Source: Thermodesulfobacteriota bacterium
GTDB taxonomy: Bacteria > Desulfobacterota > Dissulfuribacteria > Dissulfuribacterales > QOAL01
Reading direction: 5' to 3'
DNA length: 61,032 nt
NCBI GenBank assembly: GCA_013154175.1
Contig: JAADCZ010000110.1
Coordinates: forward strand, 1 to 61,032
Shown here piece after piece: positions 10,030 to 18,279 of this stretch (the stretch's first letter is position 1; each line of letters opens with the position of its first letter). The notes under the pieces are model-generated. The model made no database searches. It had not been told where the DNA came from and saw only the letters and a program-made list of their open reading frames with translations. The position numbers and the translations under genes are program-made.

Positions 10030-10773
10030 TTAATCGTTCATGTAAAAGACGCATGGTTTTGCGCCAGTTTCAGGTCTGAGGACCCAGACTGCCTTGTCAG
10101 GCTGATGCACCAGCTTCCAGACCTCGCTCTCGTGATCGGAAAAGTCACCGAAAACCCTCACGTGAGCAGGGCAGGCTGCTGCACATGCGGTGAGCTTCTC
10201 ACCCTTTGAAAGCCTTGTATCCCAACAGAAGTTGCACTTGTCGATAGCCCTCTTCTCCTCATTGAAGTACCTAGCATTGTAGGGGCATGCAGCCATACAG
10301 GTCTTACAACCGATACATTTGTTGTAATGCATGACCACGATCCCTGTTTTGGGATCCTTGGTGGTTGCCTTGGTTGGGCATACCCTAACACAGGGAGGGT
10401 TGAGACAGTGATTGCAAAGAACCGGCATGAATACAGGAAATTCCTTGCCCTCATCATCCTTGGCAAGCCGCTCCAGAATGGTCGTCCTGTAGCCATATTC
10501 AGGCACGTGATTTGTCTTTACGCATGCATCCATGCACCTTTGACAGTCCACACAGTGGTTCTGCCTAATGACCATGACGTAATGCGGCTTGTAAGGCGTA
10601 TGCTCATAGCCTGCCAACTCCAACATTGCCTTTGCCTCATCCTCTGGCAAAGGAACTAGGGAAAGAATGGATCCTCCAGCAAGGACGCCTGTTATCTTTA
10701 GGCCCAACTTCAGAAATTCCCTTCTTTCCTCATCCGTAACATAATTTGGTTTATCGGACCTGTTTTCTTTCAC
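10030..10773 (-). CDS. Tat-exported four-cluster [4Fe-4S] ferredoxin-like subunit (NrfC/DmsB/HmcB/DsrO family)
   Basis: It has the twin-arginine motif ERREFLKLG and four Cys groups (CVDCQRCMDAC, CNHCLNPPCVRVCP, CIGCKTCMAACP, CNFC...CAAACP). GTG start with AAGGAGG RBS. Confidence 0.88.
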   Translation of the reverse strand: MKENRSDKPNYVTDEERREFLKLGLKITGVLAGGSILSLVPLPEDEAKAMLELAGYEHTPYKPHYVMVIRQNHCVDCQRCMDACVKTNHVPEYGYRTTILERLAKDDEGKEFPVFMPVLCNHCLNPPCVRVCPTKATTKDPKTGIVVMHYNKCIGCKTCMAACPYNARYFNEEKRAIDKCNFCWDTRLSKGEKLTACAAACPAHVRVFGDFSDHESEVWKLVHQPDKAVWVLRPETGAKPCVFYMND

Positions 10774-11079
10774 TTTTATAGTCCTCCTTGGGGAGTGTAT
10801 TTTTTAACATGCTCCGTGTGATTTTAAACGCAAATCAAAAAAAAACGCAACCCTTGTAAGACAATTTCCCATGACCATCGAATCACAGGACCTCTTAGCT
10901 TGGGAAGATTAACACAAACTGAATGACTATTCACTAAAAAATTGAATATTGCAACCCCTAAAAACAACTTCCCCCCTCCATTTCTGATATTTTATTGACC
11001 AGCCTATTTCATAGAGTTAGCTTAGAAACAGTTTGGGTTGTCTCAAAATAACATAAAATAGCGCTAGAGGAATGGAAAC

Positions 11080-11364
11080 GTGAAGGACAATCGTGGTGTT
11101 TACTACTATCCGGTACTGGAAAACAAGAATCTTCGCATGTATGTACGCCTGGGCAAGGATGACATCGAATTTAGAATGTGGGACAACGATGACGAAACCC
11201 TCTGGGAAGAGCATGGCTGGGTTCCCTGGCAGGCCATACAGCAGGCTGCAGAACTGTATGAAAAAGAAGGCAGGAGTGGCAAACCTCCCCTTCATCTATA
11301 CGACATAGAAATAGCCATTCGGCTTTTAAAGGATGAATATAGCAGAATGGAAGACGAGGATTAG
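11080..11364 (+). CDS. Hypothetical small acidic, Trp-rich protein
   Basis: 94-aa ORF with GTG start preceded by GAGGA. It ends 2 nt before the next ATG. I recognise no family. Confidence 0.5.
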   Translation: MKDNRGVYYYPVLENKNLRMYVRLGKDDIEFRMWDNDDETLWEEHGWVPWQAIQQAAELYEKEGRSGKPPLHLYDIEIAIRLLKDEYSRMEDED

Positions 11365-11366
11365 TA

Positions 11367-12170
11367 ATGACTTCATTTTCTTGGCAAGAATTCTTTGAAT
11401 CCATACCTATTGAGTTTTCAGAGCTATTCACTTCTGGCCTGGCCCCGTGGCAGGTTCTCGATGGCTTGAAGGATTTCATCCGGGCCTACATAACCCCCAA
11501 CCTGCCTGATGAGGTGCAGATTGGCGTTCCGGTGCAACAGCCATTCGTACTTTTGCCAGGCGGCTGGATGACCGAAGGTTTCGACACCATCTGTAATGAC
11601 GAGACAAAGGGCAAGCTCCAAGTATGGATTGAGGGTGAACACGTGCCAGATGCCACCCTCATCTGTGCAGGGGCGGTCTTCACCGACTACAGGGTGCAGT
11701 TTGGCAAGGGCGTACTCATTGAGCCTGGGGCAATGATAAAGGGCCCTACAATCATCCTGGACAAGGCCCAGGTGCGACAGGCTGCCTACATTAGGGAGGA
11801 CAGCCTCATTGGCCCAAAGGCGGTCGTAGGACACGCCACCGAGGTAAAACATTCTGTCTTCCTCAAAGACGCAAAGGCAGGGCATTTCGCCTACATTGGA
11901 GACAGCATCCTTGGCAACCATGTAAACCTTGGAGCTGGTACGAAACTTGCGAACCTTCGTTTTGCACCTGGCTCGGTAAAAATTAAGGGGCCCGATGGCC
12001 AAAAAATCGACACTAACCGGAGAAAAATAGGGGCAATACTGGGGGACAACGTGCAGACTGGTTGTAACAGCGTGACAAATCCAGGGGTGTTTCTTGGGAA
12101 AAATTCAATGGTTGCACCAAATGCCACTGTCAAACCCGGCTATTACCCCGCAAAAACCATTATTCGTTAG
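11367..12170 (+). CDS. Left-handed beta-helix (hexapeptide-repeat) protein, GlmU C-terminal-domain-like
   Basis: 267 aa. Repeated [LIV]-G-x4 hexapeptide turns are present ([45 protein letters not shown]). There is no GxGTRM nucleotidyltransferase motif. Confidence 0.72.
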   Translation: MTSFSWQEFFESIPIEFSELFTSGLAPWQVLDGLKDFIRAYITPNLPDEVQIGVPVQQPFVLLPGGWMTEGFDTICNDETKGKLQVWIEGEHVPDATLICAGAVFTDYRVQFGKGVLIEPGAMIKGPTIILDKAQVRQAAYIREDSLIGPKAVVGHATEVKHSVFLKDAKAGHFAYIGDSILGNHVNLGAGTKLANLRFAPGSVKIKGPDGQKIDTNRRKIGAILGDNVQTGCNSVTNPGVFLGKNSMVAPNATVKPGYYPAKTIIR

Positions 12171-12199
12171 ATCTAACAGACTTGGAAAAGGAGACCTTC

Positions 12200-13117
12200 A
12201 TGAAGAAGACAAAATGGCTAGTAGTTTTACTGATTTTGTTTGCATCGTTCATCACCAACGCCCTGGCAGCAGACAAGGGGCAAGACAAAATATTGGCGCA
12301 GGTTGGAAAATACAAGCTCACACTCAAGGAGTTCAACGACCAGATACGCTCCCTGCCGCCTCAGCTTCAGATGGCTGTGCAAAGAAATCCTGAGCTCAAA
12401 AAACAGTTACTAGATCGCTGGGTACAACTGAACCTCATGGCCCTCGAGGCAAGGAAGCAGAAGTTGCAGGACAAGCCAGATGTGAAGAAAAGAATCGAGG
12501 AGATGACAAATGCACTCCTTGCCCAGGAATACATGATGGAAAACGTTTCTGACAAGGCAAAGGTGACAGACAAGGAGATCAAGGAATACTACGACAAGCA
12601 CAAGTCTGAATTCATGCAGCCAGAGCAGGTCCGGGCCCGCCATATACTCATCAAGGTGCCGGCCAATGCAACCAAGAAACAGTGGGAAGAGGCCAGAAAG
12701 AAGGCATTGGAGATTCGGGCCAAATTGCTCAAAGGCGAAAGCTTTGCAAAACTTGCCCAAAAATACTCTGACGATCCTGGCTCAAAGACCAGGGGCGGAG
12801 ACCTTGGTTATTTCCGCAAGGGCCAGATGGTTCCAGAGTTCGAAAAGGCTGCCTTCGCACTGAAAAAGGGCGAGATAAGTCAGCCCGTAAAGACGACCTT
12901 CGGCTATCACATCATCAAGCTGGAAGACAAGAAGCCTGCCAAACAGAGGTCCTTTCAGGAGGTTAAGCAGGAAATCAGACAGAAGCTCTTGCGCCAGAAG
13001 CAGATGGAGTTGAGAAACAAAATCGTTGAAAAGCTCCGCAAGAAATACCCAGTGAGCGTACATGAAGAGCTTCTGAACGCAGGAGCGACTGCTTCAGGTG
13101 GTTCCATGCCCCACTAA
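12200..13117 (+). CDS. Secreted parvulin-type peptidyl-prolyl cis-trans isomerase (SurA/PpiD/PrsA-like)
   Basis: It has a signal peptide ([19 protein letters not shown]) and a PpiC domain (RARHILIKV ... GGDLGYF ... FGYHIIKL). ATG 12200 follows AAAGGAGA. The track TTG 12182 is rejected. Confidence 0.9.
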   Translation: MKKTKWLVVLLILFASFITNALAADKGQDKILAQVGKYKLTLKEFNDQIRSLPPQLQMAVQRNPELKKQLLDRWVQLNLMALEARKQKLQDKPDVKKRIEEMTNALLAQEYMMENVSDKAKVTDKEIKEYYDKHKSEFMQPEQVRARHILIKVPANATKKQWEEARKKALEIRAKLLKGESFAKLAQKYSDDPGSKTRGGDLGYFRKGQMVPEFEKAAFALKKGEISQPVKTTFGYHIIKLEDKKPAKQRSFQEVKQEIRQKLLRQKQMELRNKIVEKLRKKYPVSVHEELLNAGATASGGSMPH

Positions 13118-13146
13118 CCCTCCCCTCTAACTTAAGTTAACCCCAA

Positions 13147-13186
13147 GGGGGCGGTCTGATTATTTTCAGATCGCCCCCTTTTTTTT
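13147..13186 (+). terminator. Rho-independent terminator after the PPIase gene
   Basis: 13-bp stem GGGGGCGGTCTGA / TCAGATCGCCCCC with one mismatch, followed by TTTTTTTT. Confidence 0.85.
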
Positions 13187-13268
13187 CACCTGTTCAATTC
13201 ATATATTAATTTTGCAACGATTTTCGACGGTTACATGTGCCGTTTTCATCAAATGAAATCAAAATGTT

Positions 13269-13297
13269 TTGCAAAGTATAAGATAAATTGTTAGACT
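13269..13297 (+). promoter_or_regulatory. Candidate sigma-70-type promoter upstream of the small Cys protein / ino1
   Basis: TTGCAA, 17-nt spacer, TAGACT, in an AT-rich spacer about 60 nt upstream of the GTG at 13360. Confidence 0.3.
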
Positions 13298-13359
13298 GTG
13301 TAGTTAGCGTTTTTTGTGCTGTTCAATGTAAATAGGCCCAAGGGCTTTGGAGGATACAC

Positions 13360-13569
13360 GTGAAAATCACATTCGATCCTGACATACCTGCAGATATTCA
13401 GCCACAGATCGAACAGCTAGTTAAGGATTCTGTGCAGGAAAAATGCACCTGTGGCAGCGATGAAATATATGTGTCAATAATAGATAATAAAATCATAGAC
13501 ATAAAGTGCTACGATTGCGGTAACAGTTTTTTTGAGGCCGAAATCGATATTGAGGAGACGGAAGAGTAG
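13360..13569 (+). CDS. Hypothetical small acidic protein with CxC...CxxC (zinc-ribbon-like) cysteines
   Basis: 69-aa ORF with GTG start 5 nt after GGAGGA. The cysteines lie in KCTCG and KCYDCG. I recognise no family. Confidence 0.45.
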   Translation: MKITFDPDIPADIQPQIEQLVKDSVQEKCTCGSDEIYVSIIDNKIIDIKCYDCGNSFFEAEIDIEETEE

Positions 13570-13617
13570 TTGAAAAAATCTTTCTAGATTTTTTGTTTTA
13601 GGGAGGAGCACTAACAG

Positions 13618-14721
13618 ATGTCCAAGATTAAGATTGCCGTGGCAGGGGTAGGTAACTGCTTTTCTTCACTATGGCAGGGAATCAACTATTATGCAGACAA
13701 ATCTGCTGAAGATGCCATAGGGCTCATGCATTGGGAGATCGGCGGCTACAAGCCCAGCGACATAGAAGTTGTGGCTGCCTTTGATATAGACAAGAGAAAG
13801 GTGGGTGCAGACGTGGCCGACGCCATATTTGCCCCTCCCAACTGTACCACTGTTTTCTGCGAAAACATTCCCCAGACCGGGGTGAAGGTAAAAATGGGTA
13901 AGATCCTCGACGGCTTTTCCGAACATATGAAGGACTACCCAGAAGACAAGACCTTTGTCATCGCCGATGAGCCCGAGCCTTCCAAGGAAGAGATAGTCCA
14001 GACCCTGAAGGAGTCTGGAACAGAGGTTTTCCTCAACTACCTGCCAGTTGGCTCTGAGGAAGCCGTGAGGTTTTATGCCGAATGTGCCCTGGAAGCAGGC
14101 GTGGGCTTCATAAACAATATGCCCGTCTTCATTGCGAGTGACCCAAGATGGGCCCAAAGATTTCACGAAAAAAACCTTCCAATAGTTGGAGACGATATCA
14201 AGTCCCAGCTGGGCGCCACCATCACCCACAGAACCCTTGCCAATTTGTTCAAGAGGCGCGGTGTCAAACTGGAGCGAACATATCAGCTCAACACAGGCGG
14301 CAATACAGACTTTCTCAACATGTTGAATCGCCACAGGCTGCGTTCCAAGAAACTTTCCAAGACAGAGGCCGTACAGGCAGTATTGGCAGAACCCCTTCAG
14401 GCAGACAACATCCACATAGGTCCAAGCGACTATGTGCCCTGGCAGAAGGACAACAAGGTGGCCTTCATTCGCATGGAGGGAAAACTCTTTGGGGATGTGC
14501 CAATGCATCTGGAACTAAGGCTTTCTGTGGAAGACTCACCAAATTCAGCAGGCGTGGCCATAGACTCGATCCGCTGCTGCAAGCTCGCCCTCGACAGGGG
14601 CATTGGCGGCCCACTCACATCGCCATCTGCCTACTTTATGAAACATCCACCCCAGCAGATGACAGACGATGAGGCATGCAGGAGCACAGAAGAATTCATA
14701 GCTGGAAAAAGGGAACGTTAA
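13618..14721 (+). CDS. ino1: myo-Inositol-1-phosphate synthase (bacterial/archaeal short form)
   Basis: 367 aa. The N-terminal Rossmann segment KIAVAGVGNCFSSLWQGINYY is present, and overall length and layout match the short MIPS family. GGGAGGAG RBS is present. Confidence 0.87.
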   Translation: MSKIKIAVAGVGNCFSSLWQGINYYADKSAEDAIGLMHWEIGGYKPSDIEVVAAFDIDKRKVGADVADAIFAPPNCTTVFCENIPQTGVKVKMGKILDGFSEHMKDYPEDKTFVIADEPEPSKEEIVQTLKESGTEVFLNYLPVGSEEAVRFYAECALEAGVGFINNMPVFIASDPRWAQRFHEKNLPIVGDDIKSQLGATITHRTLANLFKRRGVKLERTYQLNTGGNTDFLNMLNRHRLRSKKLSKTEAVQAVLAEPLQADNIHIGPSDYVPWQKDNKVAFIRMEGKLFGDVPMHLELRLSVEDSPNSAGVAIDSIRCCKLALDRGIGGPLTSPSAYFMKHPPQQMTDDEACRSTEEFIAGKRER

Positions 14722-14754
14722 TAGTCCCCTTTATCTTACCAAGAAAACCAACAA

Positions 14755-14777
14755 GGCCCTGCTTCAGGGCCTTTTTT
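14755..14777 (+). terminator. Rho-independent terminator after ino1
   Basis: GGCCCTG, 3-nt loop, CAGGGCC, followed by TTTTTT. Confidence 0.8.
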
Positions 14778-14943
14778 ATTTTTGTGCCTTGCCAGGCTTC
14801 CTGACCAAACAAAATTGTAAGATTTCTCCAAAACTCTCCCTCCACTCCCTTGACTCTTCAATCTTGATGCTTACCGTAAAGATGAACCAATTAATAGCAT
14901 ACTAATAACATTGACTAATTGGAAAATTAAGGAGGAAGAGACA

Positions 14944-15408
14944 ATGTTTAGACCATGGTTTTCCCTAAGTGATCCTATTTGGCAGGATTTTGACATGCTC
15001 AGCAGGGAAATGGAAAAAATATTCAATGAAAACTACTTTTCTCCAGCTGGCGTTGCAGCAGCTAGAGTACCCATGCCAGCAGTAAATATCGGCGAGACCG
15101 CAGACAAGGTACTCGTATATCTGTTTGCCCCAGGTCTCGACCCCAAAAGCATCGACCTTACCATCGAGAAGAACCTGCTCAGTATTGCAGCAGGCCGCGA
15201 TACAGCCAAGGAGCTTGGCGAGGATGCCAAGGTCACTGGTTACTACAGGAAGGAAAGGTTCAGCGGCAAGTTCAGGCGTATCATTTCCTTGCCGGAAGGT
15301 CTGGATACATCCAGCATCGAGGCAAAATACAAGAATGGAATCCTGAGCATTTCCATCAAAAAGAAGGAAGAAGAGCAGACCAAGAAGATCGAGGTCAAGG
15401 TAGACTAA
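14944..15408 (+). CDS. Small heat-shock protein (Hsp20/alpha-crystallin family)
   Basis: It has an alpha-crystallin domain with a C-terminal GILSISIKKK...IEVKV. ATG 14944 lies 8 nt after AAGGAGG. The track TTG 14911 is rejected. Confidence 0.9.
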   Translation: MFRPWFSLSDPIWQDFDMLSREMEKIFNENYFSPAGVAAARVPMPAVNIGETADKVLVYLFAPGLDPKSIDLTIEKNLLSIAAGRDTAKELGEDAKVTGYYRKERFSGKFRRIISLPEGLDTSSIEAKYKNGILSISIKKKEEEQTKKIEVKVD

Positions 15409-15454
15409 CTAATCCAAAAAAACAAATTCGACTACATATTTTGGAGGTGTAAAA

Positions 15455-15862
15455 ATGGCAGATGTAAAGGGACAAGAAGTGGCAGTCAAGACCGAAGACA
15501 CTACGCCCCAGGAAGCCCAGAGGCGTAGACCAGTAGTGGTCACTCCGCCAGTTGACATATATGAGTTGGAAGATGGTGTGGTACTTTTTGCAGACATGCC
15601 TGGAGTTCCAAAGGAAAATCTCGACGTCCAGGTGGACAAGAACGTCCTCACCATCAAGGGAGAGATTGGAGACATCGTACCCAAGGATATTACCCCACTT
15701 TATGTGGAGTTTAACGGCAAGGCGTATGAAAGGGCCTTCACCCTTGGACCAGACGTTGATGTTTCCAAGATCGAGGCCACTATGAATGCAGGCGTCTTGA
15801 AGATCTTTCTACCCAAGAGCGAAGAGGTAAAGCCAAAGAAGATAGAGGTAAAGGTAGAATAA
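15455..15862 (+). CDS. Small heat-shock protein (Hsp20/alpha-crystallin family), second copy
   Basis: 135 aa. The alpha-crystallin domain is present (PPVDIYELEDGVVLFADMPGV ... GVLKIFLPK ... IEVKV). GGAGG RBS is present. Confidence 0.9.
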   Translation: MADVKGQEVAVKTEDTTPQEAQRRRPVVVTPPVDIYELEDGVVLFADMPGVPKENLDVQVDKNVLTIKGEIGDIVPKDITPLYVEFNGKAYERAFTLGPDVDVSKIEATMNAGVLKIFLPKSEEVKPKKIEVKVE

Positions 15863-15906
15863 CCTCTCTTTGGACTGGCACAACTGACATGCCCATATTA
15901 AAATCA

Positions 15907-15933
15907 GGGGAAACTTATGTTTCCCCTTTTTTT
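15907..15933 (+). terminator. Rho-independent terminator after the hsp20 pair
   Basis: GGGGAAAC-TTAT-GTTTCCCC followed by TTTTTTT. Confidence 0.88.
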
Positions 15934-15959
15934 ATTTCCAGCAGTAGAAAGGAAAGGTC

Positions 15960-17219
15960 ATGAGCGAAGTCAAATCTGTTATAGAATCAATGGCAAAAAA
16001 GGCAAAAGAGGCTGCCAGAAAGGTTGCAGTTCTTTCCACCGACCAGAAGAACAAGGTACTCCTGACTACCGCTCGGAAGTTGATGGAATCCCGTGCCGAG
16101 CTCCAGCAAGAGAACCAAAAGGACCTGAAAAATGGCAAGGAAAAGGGGCTCAGTTCCGCCTTCCTCGACAGGCTCGAGCTTTCTGATAAGGTCATTGACT
16201 CGATGGTCCAGGGTCTCGAAGAGGTTGCCGCCCTGCCCGACCCTGTTGGAGAGGTGACCAAGATGTGGAAAAGGCCCAATGACCTGCTGGTTGGACGAGT
16301 CAGAATCCCCCTGGGCGTCATTGGAATGATCTATGAATCCAGGCCCAACGTCACCATAGATGCTGCAGCACTCTGTCTCAAGGCGGGCAATGCAGTAATC
16401 CTAAAGGGTGGCTCCGATGCCATTCATTCAAACCTGGCCCTTGCTGCCATTTTGCAAAGGGCCCTCGAGGAGCATCAGGTTCCACAGGAGGCAGTGCAGG
16501 TTGTGCCAACTACAGACAGATCTGCAGTCACAGAGCTCCTTTCAAGGGAAGAAGAAATCGATCTCATAATTCCCCGTGGCGGTGAAGGCCTAATCAGGTT
16601 TGTGGTTGAAAACTCCAGGATTCCAGTGCTCAAACACTACAAGGGTGTCTGCCACTGCTATGTTGATAAAGGGGCAGACGAGGATATGGCAGTTGAAATC
16701 TGCTTCAACTCCAAGGTACAGCGCCCTGGAGTATGTAACGCCATGGAAGGGATGCTTGTCCATGAAGACATTGCCGAGAGCTTCTTGCCCAAAATCGGAG
16801 AAAGGTTCAGGGAGGCTGGAGTCGAGATAAGGGGCTGCAAGCGCACCTGTCAGATCTTGCCCTACGCCGTGGAGGCAAAGGACGAGGATTGGGGAACAGA
16901 ATTTCTTGACCTCATTCTGGTTGTCAAGGTGGTGCCATCGATGGAGGATGCCATGGACTATATAGACAAATATGGCTCCAACCATACCGAGGCTATCATC
17001 ACCCGCGACTACCAGAGGGCAAGAAGGTTCCTCAACGAGGTAGATGCCTCCCTTGTGCTGGTCAACGCCTCTACGAGATTCAACGATGGAGGCCAGCTTG
17101 GTCTTGGGGCGGAAATTGGCATCAGCACATCCAAACTGCACGCATATGGCCCGATGGGGCTAGAAGAGCTTACGACAACGAAATTCATTGCCTTTGGAGA
17201 CGGACAAATCAGAACCTAA
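15960..17219 (+). CDS. proA: Gamma-glutamyl phosphate reductase
   Basis: 419 aa, aldehyde-dehydrogenase-type fold. Typical ProA segments are present ([37 protein letters not shown]). Confidence 0.95.
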   Translation: MSEVKSVIESMAKKAKEAARKVAVLSTDQKNKVLLTTARKLMESRAELQQENQKDLKNGKEKGLSSAFLDRLELSDKVIDSMVQGLEEVAALPDPVGEVTKMWKRPNDLLVGRVRIPLGVIGMIYESRPNVTIDAAALCLKAGNAVILKGGSDAIHSNLALAAILQRALEEHQVPQEAVQVVPTTDRSAVTELLSREEEIDLIIPRGGEGLIRFVVENSRIPVLKHYKGVCHCYVDKGADEDMAVEICFNSKVQRPGVCNAMEGMLVHEDIAESFLPKIGERFREAGVEIRGCKRTCQILPYAVEAKDEDWGTEFLDLILVVKVVPSMEDAMDYIDKYGSNHTEAIITRDYQRARRFLNEVDASLVLVNASTRFNDGGQLGLGAEIGISTSKLHAYGPMGLEELTTTKFIAFGDGQIRT

Positions 17220-18279
17220 AAAACGTATAGGGCTATTTGGCGGTACCCTCGATCCAATCCATCTGGGCCACCTTCGGGTAGCAGAAGAGGTCTATGAGGC
17301 ACTGGAACTGGATACCATCTGGTTCGTGCCCGCCTATTTGCCACCTCACAAACGTGGCCCCATCAGCCCTTTTGAACAAAGGCTCGAGATGGTCAAACTC
17401 GCCACTGAAGGCGTTGACCACTTTGAGGCCAAGGCCCTGGAGGCAGAACGCCAGGGTATTTCCTACTCGGTTGACCTCCTCGAACAGGTGCGAGACCTTG
17501 TGGGACACAGTGCGGATATCTATTTTATTATTGGAACGGACGCAGCAATAGAGATTGACTCCTGGAAGGATTGGCAAAGGCTTCCAGAGCTCGCCACATT
17601 GGTGATCGTCTCACGCCCCACAGTGCCCATGGACGAGGTGAAGGAAAAATTTAAAAAAATATTTCCCGCCTTGGATTTTAGGGGTCCCACAAATTTGGCA
17701 AGTGGGCAAAATGGTGCAATTATTACAGTAGATACGACTGCCATTGAAATCTCTTCCACGGACATACGTGAGAAGGTTAAAAAAAATAGGTCCATACGAT
17801 TTTTAGTACCGGAGAGTGTCAGAAACTACATTATGAGAAACAACCTTTACATTCCAAAAAAATCGGCTAGCGACTCCCCACCCCCCAGCCAGGCTCCCGA
17901 CAGTCTGGAGGCTGCAGGGCGAATCTATGACCAGATAGAGAACAACAAGGGAGAAAAGATTATCGTCCTGGACATGCGCGGCATCTCCCCTGTGGCAGAC
18001 TTCTTCATCATCGCCCAGGGCCGCTCCACCCGTCATGTACAAGGCATGGCCAACAAGATGAAGAGGGAACTTAGCAGGCAACGGATAAAGTGCAGAAGTA
18101 TCGAGGGCGAAGAAGAGGGCAAGTGGATACTAATGGACTTCGAAGATGTGGTTGTACATCTCTTCTACGAACCCGTCAGGGCATTTTATGATCTTGAGGG
18201 TCTGTGGCGCGAGGCACCAAGGCTAGTTAAAACGAAACAGGGGCTTGTAAGGGAGGAATCAGATGAGTGCCACCAATAG
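17188..18279 (+). CDS. nadD: Fusion protein: nicotinate-nucleotide adenylyltransferase NadD (N-terminal) plus ribosome silencing factor RsfS (C-terminal)
   Basis: NadD motifs [11 protein letters not shown] and ISSTDIR lie in aa 13-220. A Pro/Ser linker spans aa 222-240. The RsfS core ([27 protein letters not shown] ... [14 protein letters not shown] ... YDLEGLW) spans aa 245-345. There is no ATG near the N-terminus, so the track TTG 17188 (or TTG 17194) is used and the start is uncertain. Confidence 0.85.
   Translation: MPLETDKSEPKKRIGLFGGTLDPIHLGHLRVAEEVYEALELDTIWFVPAYLPPHKRGPISPFEQRLEMVKLATEGVDHFEAKALEAERQGISYSVDLLEQVRDLVGHSADIYFIIGTDAAIEIDSWKDWQRLPELATLVIVSRPTVPMDEVKEKFKKIFPALDFRGPTNLASGQNGAIITVDTTAIEISSTDIREKVKKNRSIRFLVPESVRNYIMRNNLYIPKKSASDSPPPSQAPDSLEAAGRIYDQIENNKGEKIIVLDMRGISPVADFFIIAQGRSTRHVQGMANKMKRELSRQRIKCRSIEGEEEGKWILMDFEDVVVHLFYEPVRAFYDLEGLWREAPRLVKTKQGLVREESDECHQ

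Noticed and set aside
13669-14508. 279-aa ORF antisense to ino1. Similar long antisense or off-frame ORFs occur at 11424-12002, 16590-17141, 21067-21615, 22107-22637, 39587-40312, 45000-45554, 47745-48299, 49367-49924 and 58425-59132.
   Set aside because: All lie entirely inside strongly supported genes on the other strand or in another frame. They lack RBS-like sequences and recognisable motifs, and their composition is typical of shadow frames.
14847-14878. CCCTTGAC box upstream of hsp20 as a sigma-32 promoter feature
   Set aside because: The -35-like box is good, but no CCCCAT-type -10 or acceptable TATAAT lies at 13-18 nt. It is too weak to annotate and is mentioned only in a finding.
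15876-15892. TGGCAC hexamer after the second hsp20 gene, a possible sigma-54 -24 box
   Set aside because: There is no TTGC-like -12 element at the required spacing. It sits just upstream of the hsp20 terminator with no downstream target before proA.
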